A stretch of 64,000 nucleotides of DNA from Candidatus Omnitrophota bacterium (GTDB lineage: Bacteria; Omnitrophota; Gorgyraeia; 2-01-FULL-45-10): assembly GCA_041661345.1 (NCBI GenBank), contig JBAZUO010000002.1:6447-70446 (forward strand), given 5' to 3'. The translations under genes were made by a program, and so were the position numbers. This document shows positions 18,417 through 28,058 of the stretch, one piece after another (the first letter of the stretch is position 1; each line of letters opens with the position of its first letter). The notes beneath the pieces were generated by a model, which did no database searches, was not told where the DNA came from, and saw only the letters and a list, made by a program, of their open reading frames with translations.

Positions 18417-20128
18417 AGGTTTCCGCACAAGACAAACTTAATGACTTGTTGTTGACCGTGCAGAAGCCGGGGCGATACGTCGGCGGGGAATGGAATGCCG
18501 TAAAGAAGGACTGGGCCGACGATAAATTGAAGGTCTGCCTCGCGTTTCCGGATGTCTACGAGATCGGTATGAGTTATCTCGGCATTAAAATACTTTATGG
18601 CATACTCAATAATCGCGATGATTGCCTGTGCGAACGGGTCTTCGCGCCGTGGAAAGATTTTGAAACGGTCCTGCGCAATAATGATATAAAACTTTTCAGT
18701 CTTGAATCCAGGCGTTCCCTAAAAGATTTTGACATCGTCGGATTCAGTCTTGCCTACGAACTTGGTTATACAAATCTCCTTAATATGCTGAACCTCGGCG
18801 GCATTCCAATTAACGCTATGGATAGAGGCGATGACGATCCGGTTGTTATAGCAGGCGGGCCGTCTTGTTACAATCCTGAACCGGTGGCAGAATTTATTGA
18901 CGCGTTTGTTATCGGGGACGGAGAAGACGTTATAAATGAGATAGTTGATGTCGTCAAGGCTTCCGGGCCAAGAGCGAAGCGTTCGAGAAAAGAGATTTTG
19001 AAAGAACTCTCTAAGATCAAAGGAGTTTATGTCCCGTCGTTCTATAAAACAGATTACAATCCTGACGGAACGATCAGTGGATTTTGTCCCACTGAAGCGG
19101 GTGTTCCCGAGAAGATAGAAAAAAGATTTGTAAAAAATCTGGACGAGGCATTCTATCCTACGAAACAGATCGTCCCGAATATCCAGATCGTTCATGACAG
19201 GATCGCCATTGAAATAATGCGTGGTTGTAAACATGCCTGCAGATTTTGTCAGGCGAGCGCTACATACAGGCCGTGCCGTGAAAGGTCACGAAAAAATATA
19301 GTAAGGCTTGCGAAGGAGTCGTACGCGATGACTGGATACGACGAGGTATCGCTTTTGTCGCTGTCAAGCATCGACCATTCCGAGCTCGTAGGGATCATAG
19401 AGGACCTGAACCGCGAGTTCAGCGGCAAGGCGGTTTCTATTTCGGTCCCGTCGCTTAGGATCGAAGAGAATGTTAGCAGTATACCCGTGCTCGTATCGAA
19501 GGTGAAAAAGTCCGGCCTCACATTCGCGCCGGAGGCCGGCAGTGACCGCATGAGAAAAATATTGGGAAAGAATATAAGCGTGGAAAAATTGTCTTGCGCA
19601 GCGCTGGAATCTTTCAGGGCGGGATGGAAACACGTGAAACTCTATTTTATGATAGGGCTGCCCGGCGAAGAAGAAGCCGACTTGTCCGGCATTGCCGCAA
19701 TGGTGCAAAAAATATCGGATCTGAAGAGGGATGTCGATGGGCATAGCGCTAATATCACATTGAGCATAAACGCCTTTGTACCCAAGCCGCACACAGATTT
19801 TGAACTAAACGCGATGGACAGGGTCGACACCCTTGAGAAAAAGAGAAATTTCCTGAGGAATTGCGTCAAATCCAAGATGGTAAAGATGGATTTTCACTCC
19901 TACAATATGAGCCGCCTTGAGGCTGTTTTTTCAAGAGGCGACAGGCGGCTGTCGTGCGTTATAAACAAGGCATGGGAAAAGGGTGCCAGGTTTGACGGAT
20001 GGCAGGATGTATTTAACTTTGATATTTGGGTTAACGCGTTCCAGGAAACAGGCCGGAACCCGGATTTTTATACCACCAGGCCGAGAGATAAGTCTGAAAT
20101 GCTCCCATGGGGCTTTATTCACACGTAG
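18413..20128 (+). CDS. TIGR03960-like B12-binding-domain radical SAM protein
   Basis: MRGCKHACRFCQA (CxxxCxxC) and N-terminal VQKPGRYVGGEWN. TTG start overlaps the upstream TGA. Confidence 0.8.
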   Translation: MKVSAQDKLNDLLLTVQKPGRYVGGEWNAVKKDWADDKLKVCLAFPDVYEIGMSYLGIKILYGILNNRDDCLCERVFAPWKDFETVLRNNDIKLFSLESRRSLKDFDIVGFSLAYELGYTNLLNMLNLGGIPINAMDRGDDDPVVIAGGPSCYNPEPVAEFIDAFVIGDGEDVINEIVDVVKASGPRAKRSRKEILKELSKIKGVYVPSFYKTDYNPDGTISGFCPTEAGVPEKIEKRFVKNLDEAFYPTKQIVPNIQIVHDRIAIEIMRGCKHACRFCQASATYRPCRERSRKNIVRLAKESYAMTGYDEVSLLSLSSIDHSELVGIIEDLNREFSGKAVSISVPSLRIEENVSSIPVLVSKVKKSGLTFAPEAGSDRMRKILGKNISVEKLSCAALESFRAGWKHVKLYFMIGLPGEEEADLSGIAAMVQKISDLKRDVDGHSANITLSINAFVPKPHTDFELNAMDRVDTLEKKRNFLRNCVKSKMVKMDFHSYNMSRLEAVFSRGDRRLSCVINKAWEKGARFDGWQDVFNFDIWVNAFQETGRNPDFYTTRPRDKSEMLPWGFIHT

Positions 20129-20144
20129 AAAGCATCCCGCCAAT

Positions 20145-20173
20145 TTGACAATCACATGTATATATAGTATACT
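20145..20173 (+). promoter_or_regulatory. sigma70-type promoter in front of the GGDEF/pilus locus
   Basis: TTGACA (20145-20150), 17-nt spacer, TATACT (20168-20173). Confidence 0.6.
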
Positions 20174-20204
20174 TTCGTTAATATTATAACGCGAGGAGGG
20201 TTCT

Positions 20205-21611
20205 ATGGGGTTTTTTAGGAAGTTGACCGTTATTAATAAAGGGTTAAGATACAAGCTTCTGATCGCCTTCTGTCTTATGTCCATAATACCGCTTTTGGCA
20301 TGTGTTTACGTGATGTCCACCTATCTTTTTCCTCAACTCGATGACCTGCAAACTGTAAGCGTTGTCATCGTCGCGTCGCTCTTCATCGCGTTGCTTGGGC
20401 TATTTTTCGCGAAGAGCCTGATAGATCCCGTTGTCGATATGGCTATAGAGGCAAAAATTATAGCAAGCGGTGATTTTAACAGAAAAGTCGCGGCTCCGTA
20501 CGAGGACGAAGTCGGCAATCTCGCTCAATCCATTAACAATATGACCCAGAAAATAAAGTCGAACATGGAAGAGCTGAAAAGTTATGGCCGAAGGATGAAT
20601 GATGTTAATAGTGAGATACAAAAGAAGATGTTGGTGCTCTCGAGCCTGTTGCAGGTGGGGGATATAATATCTACCGGATCCACCGGCCTGGATTCTACGC
20701 TGGAGGTTGCGCTGGAGAAGGCCGCGTCTATATTCGATACGGGCTATGGGGTGCTTTACGCATCCAAAGGGGAGGGCCTGGATTTTACGGCGAGGGCCTC
20801 CTGCAATTTAAAGAATGAAAATTTAATGAACCTGGTGATAAAGGCGGACGGCCAGGGCATACTCGAAGACGCTATCCGGACCAAGTCGGTAGTTATTATC
20901 GATAAGGCCTCTAAAGCGTCGAAAGAACTATCCGGCTTCAAGACCTCGTCGAATATCGAAAATGCCGTGATAATTCCGCTCTTCTCAAACAAGAGGAACC
21001 TGGGGCTACTGATCCTGGGCAACAGATTGGAAGATTATAAGTTCAAGAATGACGATGTGGACATGGTAAAGGTTTTCGCAAAGCAGATGTCCATTGCCAT
21101 AGAAACAGATGTTTTAAGCAAGAAGGCGACTGAGCTCTCGATAACGGATGACCTTACAGGCTTGTACAACAAGCGCTTCATTTCGACACGCCTGGAGGAG
21201 GAGATAAAAAGAGCGATATTTTATCAGAGGCCGTGCTCGTTTATCATATTCAGCCTTGATGACATAAATGGCTTGCGGCAGGCGCATGGCGAACTGGCGG
21301 TAGAAGAAGCGCTTAAAAAGGTGGCGAAGTCCATAAAGGATAACATACTGCCCATAGGCAAGGCGGCGAGAATTTCCGGATTCGAATTTGCCATATTATT
21401 GCCGGAAAAAAATAAGAAAGAGGCGTCGCACATAGCCGAAGAGATGCGGCATAGAATTGAGGCGACAAATGTGCTAAGGGATGGAAAGATTTCGATGAAA
21501 GTAACGATTGGCCTGGGTGAAAATCCGATCGACGGGGCAACCAGTGATGAGCTTTTTAGAAAAGCGGAGGAATCCATAAGGGAAGCCAGAAATGCTGCAG
21601 GTAAAAGATGA
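20205..21611 (+). CDS. membrane HAMP-GAF protein with a degenerate GGDEF domain
   Basis: Two N-terminal hydrophobic segments, a HAMP-like DEVGNLAQSINNMTQKIK, and a GAF-like middle region. The GGDEF fold (DDLTGLYNKRF) carries SGFEF at nt 21375-21389 in place of GG(D/E)EF. Confidence 0.75.
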   Translation: MGFFRKLTVINKGLRYKLLIAFCLMSIIPLLACVYVMSTYLFPQLDDLQTVSVVIVASLFIALLGLFFAKSLIDPVVDMAIEAKIIASGDFNRKVAAPYEDEVGNLAQSINNMTQKIKSNMEELKSYGRRMNDVNSEIQKKMLVLSSLLQVGDIISTGSTGLDSTLEVALEKAASIFDTGYGVLYASKGEGLDFTARASCNLKNENLMNLVIKADGQGILEDAIRTKSVVIIDKASKASKELSGFKTSSNIENAVIIPLFSNKRNLGLLILGNRLEDYKFKNDDVDMVKVFAKQMSIAIETDVLSKKATELSITDDLTGLYNKRFISTRLEEEIKRAIFYQRPCSFIIFSLDDINGLRQAHGELAVEEALKKVAKSIKDNILPIGKAARISGFEFAILLPEKNKKEASHIAEEMRHRIEATNVLRDGKISMKVTIGLGENPIDGATSDELFRKAEESIREARNAAGKR

Positions 21612-21623
21612 TCGAGGTGTTGC

Positions 21624-22688
21624 ATGCCGAATGATATAAACAAGCTGTTGAAATTGATGTTTGATAAGGGCGCTTCAGACCTTCATATAACCGCGGGTTC
21701 GCCGCCCCAACTGAGGATAGACGAGAATCTCGTGCCGGCAGACGATAAGATACTGACCCCAGCCGATTCCGAAGAACTTATTTACAGCCTGATCTCCGCC
21801 GAGCAGAAGGGGAGGTTCGAGCAGGACCTGGAGCTCGATATGGCATTCGGCGTTAAGGGGTTAGGCCGTTTCAGGGTTAATGTTTTTAAACAGAGGGGAT
21901 CTGTCGCGTCCTCTATCCGTCTTATACCCCATGAGATGTGGTCATTCGAACAGTGCGGCTTACCGGCCAATGTCACGCTGGATCTATGCAACAGGCCGAA
22001 GGGGCTTGTTTTACTTACCGGCGCTACGGGAAGCGGTAAATCAACAAGCCTTGCATCTATGATAGACTGGATAAATTCCCACAGGCCGTGTCATATCGTT
22101 ACGATAGAAGATCCGATAGAATTTGTCCATAAGAATAAGAAGGCGATCGTTAATCAGCGTGAGGTTTACAGCGATACGCATTCGTTCGCGGAATCGCTCA
22201 AGCATGTGCTGAGACAGGATCCCGACGTAATACTTGTAGGCGAGATGAGAGACCTGGAGACGATCGAAGCGGCCCTGATCGTGGCAGAGACGGGCCACCT
22301 GGTATTTGCGACACTTCATACGTCAGACTGCGTCCAGACCATCAATAGGATCGTGGACGTTTTTCCGGCATCCCAGCAGCAGCAGATAAGAACACAGCTG
22401 TCTTTTGTGCTTATAGGTATTATGTCCCAGCAATTGATACCGAAGTTAAAGGGCCCCGGCCGCGCACTTGCCGTGGAGGTTTTAATCGCTACGCCTGCCG
22501 TAAGATCCCTGATCAGAGAATCCAAGGCGCATCAAATATATTCGGTTATGCAGACATGTCAAAAGGACGGGATGAACACGATGAACCAGGCTCTGTATGA
22601 CCTCTATCAGAAGAAACTCATATCGTATGAAGAGGCTTTTGACAGGACGACCGATCAGGAAGATTTGAAGAGAATATTTAAAAAGTAA
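21624..22688 (+). CDS. pilT: type IV pilus retraction ATPase PilT
   Basis: 354 aa with Walker A GATGSGKST, DPDVILVGEMRD, and a PilT-type AVRSLIRESK motif. Confidence 0.92.
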   Translation: MPNDINKLLKLMFDKGASDLHITAGSPPQLRIDENLVPADDKILTPADSEELIYSLISAEQKGRFEQDLELDMAFGVKGLGRFRVNVFKQRGSVASSIRLIPHEMWSFEQCGLPANVTLDLCNRPKGLVLLTGATGSGKSTSLASMIDWINSHRPCHIVTIEDPIEFVHKNKKAIVNQREVYSDTHSFAESLKHVLRQDPDVILVGEMRDLETIEAALIVAETGHLVFATLHTSDCVQTINRIVDVFPASQQQQIRTQLSFVLIGIMSQQLIPKLKGPGRALAVEVLIATPAVRSLIRESKAHQIYSVMQTCQKDGMNTMNQALYDLYQKKLISYEEAFDRTTDQEDLKRIFKK

Positions 22689-22696
22689 GGGTTCAT

Positions 22697-23143
22697 ATGC
22701 CGCCGATCAAAAGGATAGTGACAAAACAACTGGGTGAGCTCCTGGTGGAGAGGGGTATAATTAATGAATCCCAGCTGGAGAAGGCCCTTAGGATCCAAAA
22801 AGATAAGGGCGGGTTGATAGGGCAGATACTCGTAATGCTTGGTTTTGCCAAGGAAGAGGAGATAGCTCAAGCCCTGACGGTCCAATATGGATTTCCATAC
22901 CTTCCGCTGGAGTGTTATGAGATGAATGCCGATGCCGTGAAGATGATACCGGAAAACGTCTGCGTCCAATACAATCTCATAGCGGTTGATAAGATAGGAG
23001 ACACGCTAACCATAGCGATGTCAAATCCGCTGAACTTCCAGGCCGTAGAGGATATAGAAACGCTCACAAAGTGCAAGGTTCAGGTATTTGTCAGTACCAT
23101 GACGGATATAAATAATTCTATAAAAAAACATAATAAAAAATGA
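22697..23143 (+). CDS. stand-alone T2SSE_N / MshEN-like domain protein
   Basis: 148 aa consisting only of a GspE/PilB N-terminal domain. It has the tandem 24-aa motifs QLGELLVERGIINESQLEKALRIQ, KDKGG, LIGQILVMLGFAKEEEIAQALTVQ. There is no ATPase core. Confidence 0.8.
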   Translation: MPPIKRIVTKQLGELLVERGIINESQLEKALRIQKDKGGLIGQILVMLGFAKEEEIAQALTVQYGFPYLPLECYEMNADAVKMIPENVCVQYNLIAVDKIGDTLTIAMSNPLNFQAVEDIETLTKCKVQVFVSTMTDINNSIKKHNKK

Positions 23144-24876
23144 GCGTTGACTTAAAAGATAAACTCACCAAGATACTCATAGAGCGGAAGCTTCTGCAAT
23201 CCAGCGACCTCGAGAAGGCGCTTTCCGTCCAGAAGCAGAGAGGCGGATCTTTAAGCGATATCCTCGTGGAATTAGGCCTCGTTTCAAAGAACGACCTGAT
23301 GGTAGCTATAAGCCACGGGCTGGGCATTCCGCTGATAAATCTCTCCCGGTATAAGATCGATCCCGATGTGATAAAGCTGATCCCAAGAAAGACGGTAAAA
23401 AATTATAAGATAATGCCGATTGCCAAGATGGGCACTACGCTGACGATAGCGATGGCCGATCCTCTGAATGTGTTCGCCTTGGACGACCTTAAGGTCCTGA
23501 CGGGACTAAAAATAAATCCCGTCATAACGACCGACAAGGAGATCTCCGAAGCCATAGGGCGCTATTATGATCAGGATTCTTACGCTGCTATAGAGAAGAT
23601 AGTGGATGACATGTCCACTATCAGCGACATCAAGCTGATCGAAGATGCCGTTCATGGCGTAGAGCAGAATTCGTCAGATATAATGAAGATGACGCTGGAG
23701 GCGCCAGTCGTAAAGATCACAAATCTTCTGCTGACGGAGGCTGTCAACCTGAGGGCGAGCGACGTATTGATCGAACCTATGGAGGACAAGCTGAGGATCA
23801 GGTATAGGGTCGATGGTATATTACAGGAAGGCAGAAATCCGCCCATAGCACTGCATAGCGCTATAGTTTCCAGGCTGAAGGTCGTGTCGGAACTCGACAT
23901 AGCGGAGCGCCGCCTTCCTCAGGACGGAAGATTTAAGGTCAAGCTTCACGGCCGGGAAGTGGATTTCAGAATCTCGGTGCTGCCGACAAGCATGGGAGAA
24001 AAGGTCGCGCTCCGAATACTCGATAAGTCGCAGGCCACGCTCGATATTGATAAGTTAGGTTTTGACCAACTGTCCATAGACCTGATAAAGAAGGAAGCGT
24101 CGAAACCGCACGGAATGATACTCATTTGCGGGCCGACCGGATGCGGTAAGACGACGACGCTTTACTCTGTGCTGGAATATGTTAACTCCCCGGCAAAGAA
24201 TGTGATCACCGTAGAGGATCCGGTTGAATATCAGATCGAAGGCATAAATCAGGTTACGGCCAGGCCCGAGATCGGGCTCAGTTTCGCGAACGCCCTTAGG
24301 TCCATATTGAGACAAGACCCGAACATAATAATGATAGGCGAGATAAGAGATTTTGAAACCGTTGATATCGCGATAAAGGCGGCCCTTACCGGCCACCTCG
24401 TCTTGAGCACACTTCATACCACAACGGCAACCGGATCGATAATCCGATTAGTGAACATGGGGGTGGAACCGTTTCTCATCACATCATCCTTGATTCTCGT
24501 CGGTGCACAAAGGCTCGTGCGTAAGATCTGTCAGCAGTGCAAAGAACCATATGAACTGAGTAAAGACGCTATAGACAAACTCAAGATAAAACCGGATAAG
24601 GGCAAGGTAATTTTCTACCGGGGCAAGGGATGCAGTGCCTGCGGCAATACGGGATATAAAGGCCGCATCGGTTTGTTGGAGGTATTGGTGTTAAGCCCAA
24701 AGATAAAAGCTCTTGTATTGGAAAACGCGCAGGAGTATGTCATAAGAGATCTGGCAAGGAGCGAGGGCATGAAGACACTCAGGGAAAACGGTATACAGAA
24801 CGTTCTGAACGGATTGACAACGATAGACGAAGTCCTTCGCGTTACCGTAGGGGAACAGGACATAGATACGGTGTGA
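23140..24876 (+). CDS. pilB: type IV pilus assembly ATPase PilB/GspE paralogue 1
   Basis: 578 aa with a T2SSE_N domain, Walker A GPTGCGKTT, DPNIIMIGEIRD, and tetracysteine CQQC...CSAC. ATGA overlap with the upstream gene. Confidence 0.92.
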   Translation: MSVDLKDKLTKILIERKLLQSSDLEKALSVQKQRGGSLSDILVELGLVSKNDLMVAISHGLGIPLINLSRYKIDPDVIKLIPRKTVKNYKIMPIAKMGTTLTIAMADPLNVFALDDLKVLTGLKINPVITTDKEISEAIGRYYDQDSYAAIEKIVDDMSTISDIKLIEDAVHGVEQNSSDIMKMTLEAPVVKITNLLLTEAVNLRASDVLIEPMEDKLRIRYRVDGILQEGRNPPIALHSAIVSRLKVVSELDIAERRLPQDGRFKVKLHGREVDFRISVLPTSMGEKVALRILDKSQATLDIDKLGFDQLSIDLIKKEASKPHGMILICGPTGCGKTTTLYSVLEYVNSPAKNVITVEDPVEYQIEGINQVTARPEIGLSFANALRSILRQDPNIIMIGEIRDFETVDIAIKAALTGHLVLSTLHTTTATGSIIRLVNMGVEPFLITSSLILVGAQRLVRKICQQCKEPYELSKDAIDKLKIKPDKGKVIFYRGKGCSACGNTGYKGRIGLLEVLVLSPKIKALVLENAQEYVIRDLARSEGMKTLRENGIQNVLNGLTTIDEVLRVTVGEQDIDTV

Positions 24877-24877
24877 T

Positions 24878-26599
24878 ATGGCTGAATCATTAAAAGAAAA
24901 ACTGATAGATATACTGATAAAGGGAAACCTTGTAAAGCAGAAGGATCTTGACAAGGCCCTCGAAGTTCAGAAGAAATCCGGCGGGAATCTCGGCAAGATA
25001 CTCGTATCAAAGGGGTATATTTCGGAAAAGGACCTTATGGTGTCGATATCGAGGCAGCTCAGTATACCGCCTATAGACTTATCCAAATATAAGATAACGC
25101 CGATGGTCATCCAGCTTATTCCCGAAAAGACCGCCAAAAAGTATTCGCTGATTCCGGTCTCCAAACTTGGTATGACGCTTACAGTGGCAATGGCCGATCC
25201 GTTGAACGTCCTGGCAATGGATGAGGTCAAGATACTTACCAATTACAAAATAGATCCGGTCATTGCCACGGAGAACGACATCAAGGAAGCGATAGCCAGC
25301 TATTACGGTACACATACCCAGGAGATATCGAAGCTTCTGGAAGAGATGCCGCAGGAGGACGTGGAGGTTACCGAGGAAGAAGAAGAGAAAATCGATGTAA
25401 GCGAGGTGGCTGAGGAGAGCCAGAAGGCACCCATAGTTAAGGTGGTGGGGCTTATACTTAATGAAGCGATGAAGCGCCGCGCCAGCGACATACACATAGA
25501 GCCATCCGAGAAATTTTTACGGGTCAGGTACAGAGTAGACGGTACCCTGCATGAGGCACTGACGCTTCCCAAGAAGAACCAGAACGCGGTTATAGCCAGG
25601 GTGAAGATCATGTCGAAGCTGGACATAACAGAAACGAGAATACCGCAGGACGGGCGCTTCAAAATAAGCTTCGAAGGAAAGGAAATAGATTTCAGAGTCT
25701 CTGTGCTTCCGATACAATTCGGCGGCAAGATAGTATTAAGAGCCCTCGATAAATCCAGCTTAAGTCTAGGACTTGAGAAGCTGGGATTTTTGCCCAAGCC
25801 TTTGGCTACTTTTCAAACAGCGCTTAAGAGGCCTTATGGAATGATATTGGTAACCGGTCCGACGGGAAGCGGAAAGTCAACAACTCTATATTCTATTATC
25901 AATCAACTTAATACGCTGGAGCGGAACATCGTGACGCTGGAGGATCCGGTTGAGTATGAACTTGGCGGGATCACACAGATCCAGGCCAAGCCGGAGATAG
26001 GGCTTACGTTTTCTAATGGGCTTAAGTCGGTCTTGAGACAGAGCCCGGATATAGTGATGGTCGGTGAGATTAGAGACTCCGAGACCGCCGACATAGCGAT
26101 AAAGGCGTCTCTTACCGGACAATTGATATTGAGTACGCTGCATACCAATGACGCCGCCGGCGCGATAACGAGGCTTATAGATATGGGGGTGGAACCTTTT
26201 TTGGTATCCACAAGCCTCGTCCTATCTTCAGCGCAAAGACTGATGAGGAAGATCTGCATGAATTGCAGAGAGGCTATCGAAATACCTAAAAGCGTTCTGG
26301 AGAGGATCGGATTAAAACCCGATGAACTTTCAAAAAAGGGCATAAAAAGTTTTTACAAAGGTAGAGGATGCACGAAATGCAATAATACCGGGTACTACGG
26401 CAGGATAGGCATTCTCGAAACACTGCTTCTTGATGATAAGGTCAGGGATATGGTAATGAAAAGAGTTTCCAGCGACGATATAAAAAATTATGCCATAAAA
26501 GAACTCGGCATGTTGACATTGAGGGATAACGCGCTGGAGAATTTTGTTAATGGCATAACGACTCTCGAGGAAGTCATGAGAGTAACTTCGGAGGACTAA
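24878..26599 (+). CDS. pilB: type IV pilus assembly ATPase PilB/GspE paralogue 2
   Basis: 573 aa with a T2SSE_N domain, Walker A GPTGSGKST, SPDIVMVGEIRD, and tetracysteine CMNC...CTKC. Confidence 0.92.
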   Translation: MAESLKEKLIDILIKGNLVKQKDLDKALEVQKKSGGNLGKILVSKGYISEKDLMVSISRQLSIPPIDLSKYKITPMVIQLIPEKTAKKYSLIPVSKLGMTLTVAMADPLNVLAMDEVKILTNYKIDPVIATENDIKEAIASYYGTHTQEISKLLEEMPQEDVEVTEEEEEKIDVSEVAEESQKAPIVKVVGLILNEAMKRRASDIHIEPSEKFLRVRYRVDGTLHEALTLPKKNQNAVIARVKIMSKLDITETRIPQDGRFKISFEGKEIDFRVSVLPIQFGGKIVLRALDKSSLSLGLEKLGFLPKPLATFQTALKRPYGMILVTGPTGSGKSTTLYSIINQLNTLERNIVTLEDPVEYELGGITQIQAKPEIGLTFSNGLKSVLRQSPDIVMVGEIRDSETADIAIKASLTGQLILSTLHTNDAAGAITRLIDMGVEPFLVSTSLVLSSAQRLMRKICMNCREAIEIPKSVLERIGLKPDELSKKGIKSFYKGRGCTKCNNTGYYGRIGILETLLLDDKVRDMVMKRVSSDDIKNYAIKELGMLTLRDNALENFVNGITTLEEVMRVTSED

Positions 26600-26600
26600 G

Positions 26601-27815
26601 GTGGCAAACTTCAAGTATGTCGCTAAGGATCAGGAGGGTAAGAGCGTCACGGGTGTTTTTGAGGCGGCGAACAGGCAGGAGGTTATCAACGCGCTTAGAA
26701 AGAAAGACCTCATAATAGTTTCGGTTGGCGAGGCGTCATCTAAATTTAGCAGCATATTGTCTTTTGGGAGTAAGAAGAAAATAAAACTTGAAGACCTGGT
26801 TGTTTTTTCGCGCCAGCTTTCAACGATGGTCGACGCGGGCATACCGCTCGTTGGAGCTCTCGATATACTTGGCGAGCAGATGGACAATAAGACGTTCGGC
26901 GCTATTATAATAGGTGTCCGCAACGATGTTGAGACGGGTTTAAGCCTTTCCGACGCAATAGGTAAGCACAAAGACGTATTTTCATCTCTTTATGTGAACA
27001 TGGTCAAGGCCGGGGAGTCGAGCGGTATGTTGGATGAGATACTTGATCGTCTTGCCGAATATCTGGAGAAGACGAGCGCTCTTCAACATAAAGTGAAGGG
27101 TGCGCTTGTGTATCCGGCGGTTATTAGCTCTATGGCGCTGGGCATAACATTGATAATGCTTTTAAAGGTTATACCTGTGTTTAAGGATATGTTCGAAGGT
27201 ATGGGTGCAAAGCTTCCGACGCCTACGGCGGTTCTTATAACGGTAAGCGATTTTTTACGGCACTATTTCATCCTTGGAGCCGCGGCCCTGGTGGGCATAT
27301 GGATACTCTTATCGCGATACATAAAAACAGAGAAGGGGCGGCTGCAAGTTGATTCGATCCTGCTTAAAATGCCCATATTCGGTATATTGTTCAGGAAAGT
27401 CGCCATAGGTAAATTTACAAGGACTTTATCAACACTTATCAAGTCAGGCGTTCCGATACTTGCTGCCCTTGAGATAGTGGGCAAGACCGCCGGCAATACG
27501 GTGGTGGAAAAGGCCATAGAAAACGTCCGCTCCAATGTCAGGGAAGGCGAAAACATAGCTGAGCCACTCGCCAGATCTAAAATATTCCCACCCATGGTGA
27601 CGAGGATGGTGTCGGTTGGTGAACAGTCCGGAGAGCTTGAAAAGATGTTGTCAAAGATAGCGGATTTTTATGATGAACAGGTTGATACGGCTGTCGGTTC
27701 TCTTACAAGTATGATGGAACCGCTCATTATAGCGTTCCTGGGGATAGTGATAGGTTCGATCGTTATATGTATGTTCCTGCCAATATTCAAGTTAAGCTCC
27801 ATTGTCAGTTCTTAA
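26601..27815 (+). CDS. pilC: type IV pilus platform protein PilC (GspF family)
   Basis: 404 aa with a duplicated T2SSF domain (FSRQLSTMVDAGIPL and FTRTLSTLIKSGVPI). GTG start after a GAGGA SD. Confidence 0.92.
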   Translation: MANFKYVAKDQEGKSVTGVFEAANRQEVINALRKKDLIIVSVGEASSKFSSILSFGSKKKIKLEDLVVFSRQLSTMVDAGIPLVGALDILGEQMDNKTFGAIIIGVRNDVETGLSLSDAIGKHKDVFSSLYVNMVKAGESSGMLDEILDRLAEYLEKTSALQHKVKGALVYPAVISSMALGITLIMLLKVIPVFKDMFEGMGAKLPTPTAVLITVSDFLRHYFILGAAALVGIWILLSRYIKTEKGRLQVDSILLKMPIFGILFRKVAIGKFTRTLSTLIKSGVPILAALEIVGKTAGNTVVEKAIENVRSNVREGENIAEPLARSKIFPPMVTRMVSVGEQSGELEKMLSKIADFYDEQVDTAVGSLTSMMEPLIIAFLGIVIGSIVICMFLPIFKLSSIVSS

Positions 27816-27853
27816 TACGCAGTGTCCTTAGATGACAAAGGCCTCTCGAGGGC

Positions 27854-27882
27854 TTGACAATACGGGTTTTGTAGGGTATACT
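27854..27882 (+). promoter_or_regulatory. sigma70-type promoter of the major pilin gene
   Basis: TTGACA (27854-27859), 17-nt spacer, TATACT (27877-27882). It implies a ~170-nt leader before ATG 28059. Confidence 0.6.
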
Positions 27883-28058
27883 AACAATGAAGGGTCTAGA
27901 GGAGAAGGGTAGAAGAAGGATATATAGCTATAATAAATAAATTAAAAGAATGTAAAGTCTCCAAATAGACCTGTTGTTTGTGAAGAGTTATATGGTCTTT
28001 TGGGGATTTTTTGTTGGTAAAAAGCACCCAATCTTGGGGGAAAGGCAGGTGATTTAAG

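Noticed and set aside
27886-27939. 17-codon ORF MKGLEEKGRRRIYSYNK in the pilin leader as a leader peptide
   Set aside because: Its ATG sits at or upstream of the predicted transcription start, there is no SD, and I have no supporting evidence.
27883-28058. c-di-GMP riboswitch (GEMM-I/II) in the long pilin leader
   Set aside because: This is attractive given the MshEN and GGDEF genes. However, I could not find the conserved GEMM features as I recall them, namely the GNRA tetraloop with its receptor helices and the ACGCA/GCAAA-type cores. Only weak alternative CCCAA/TTGGG pairings are present.
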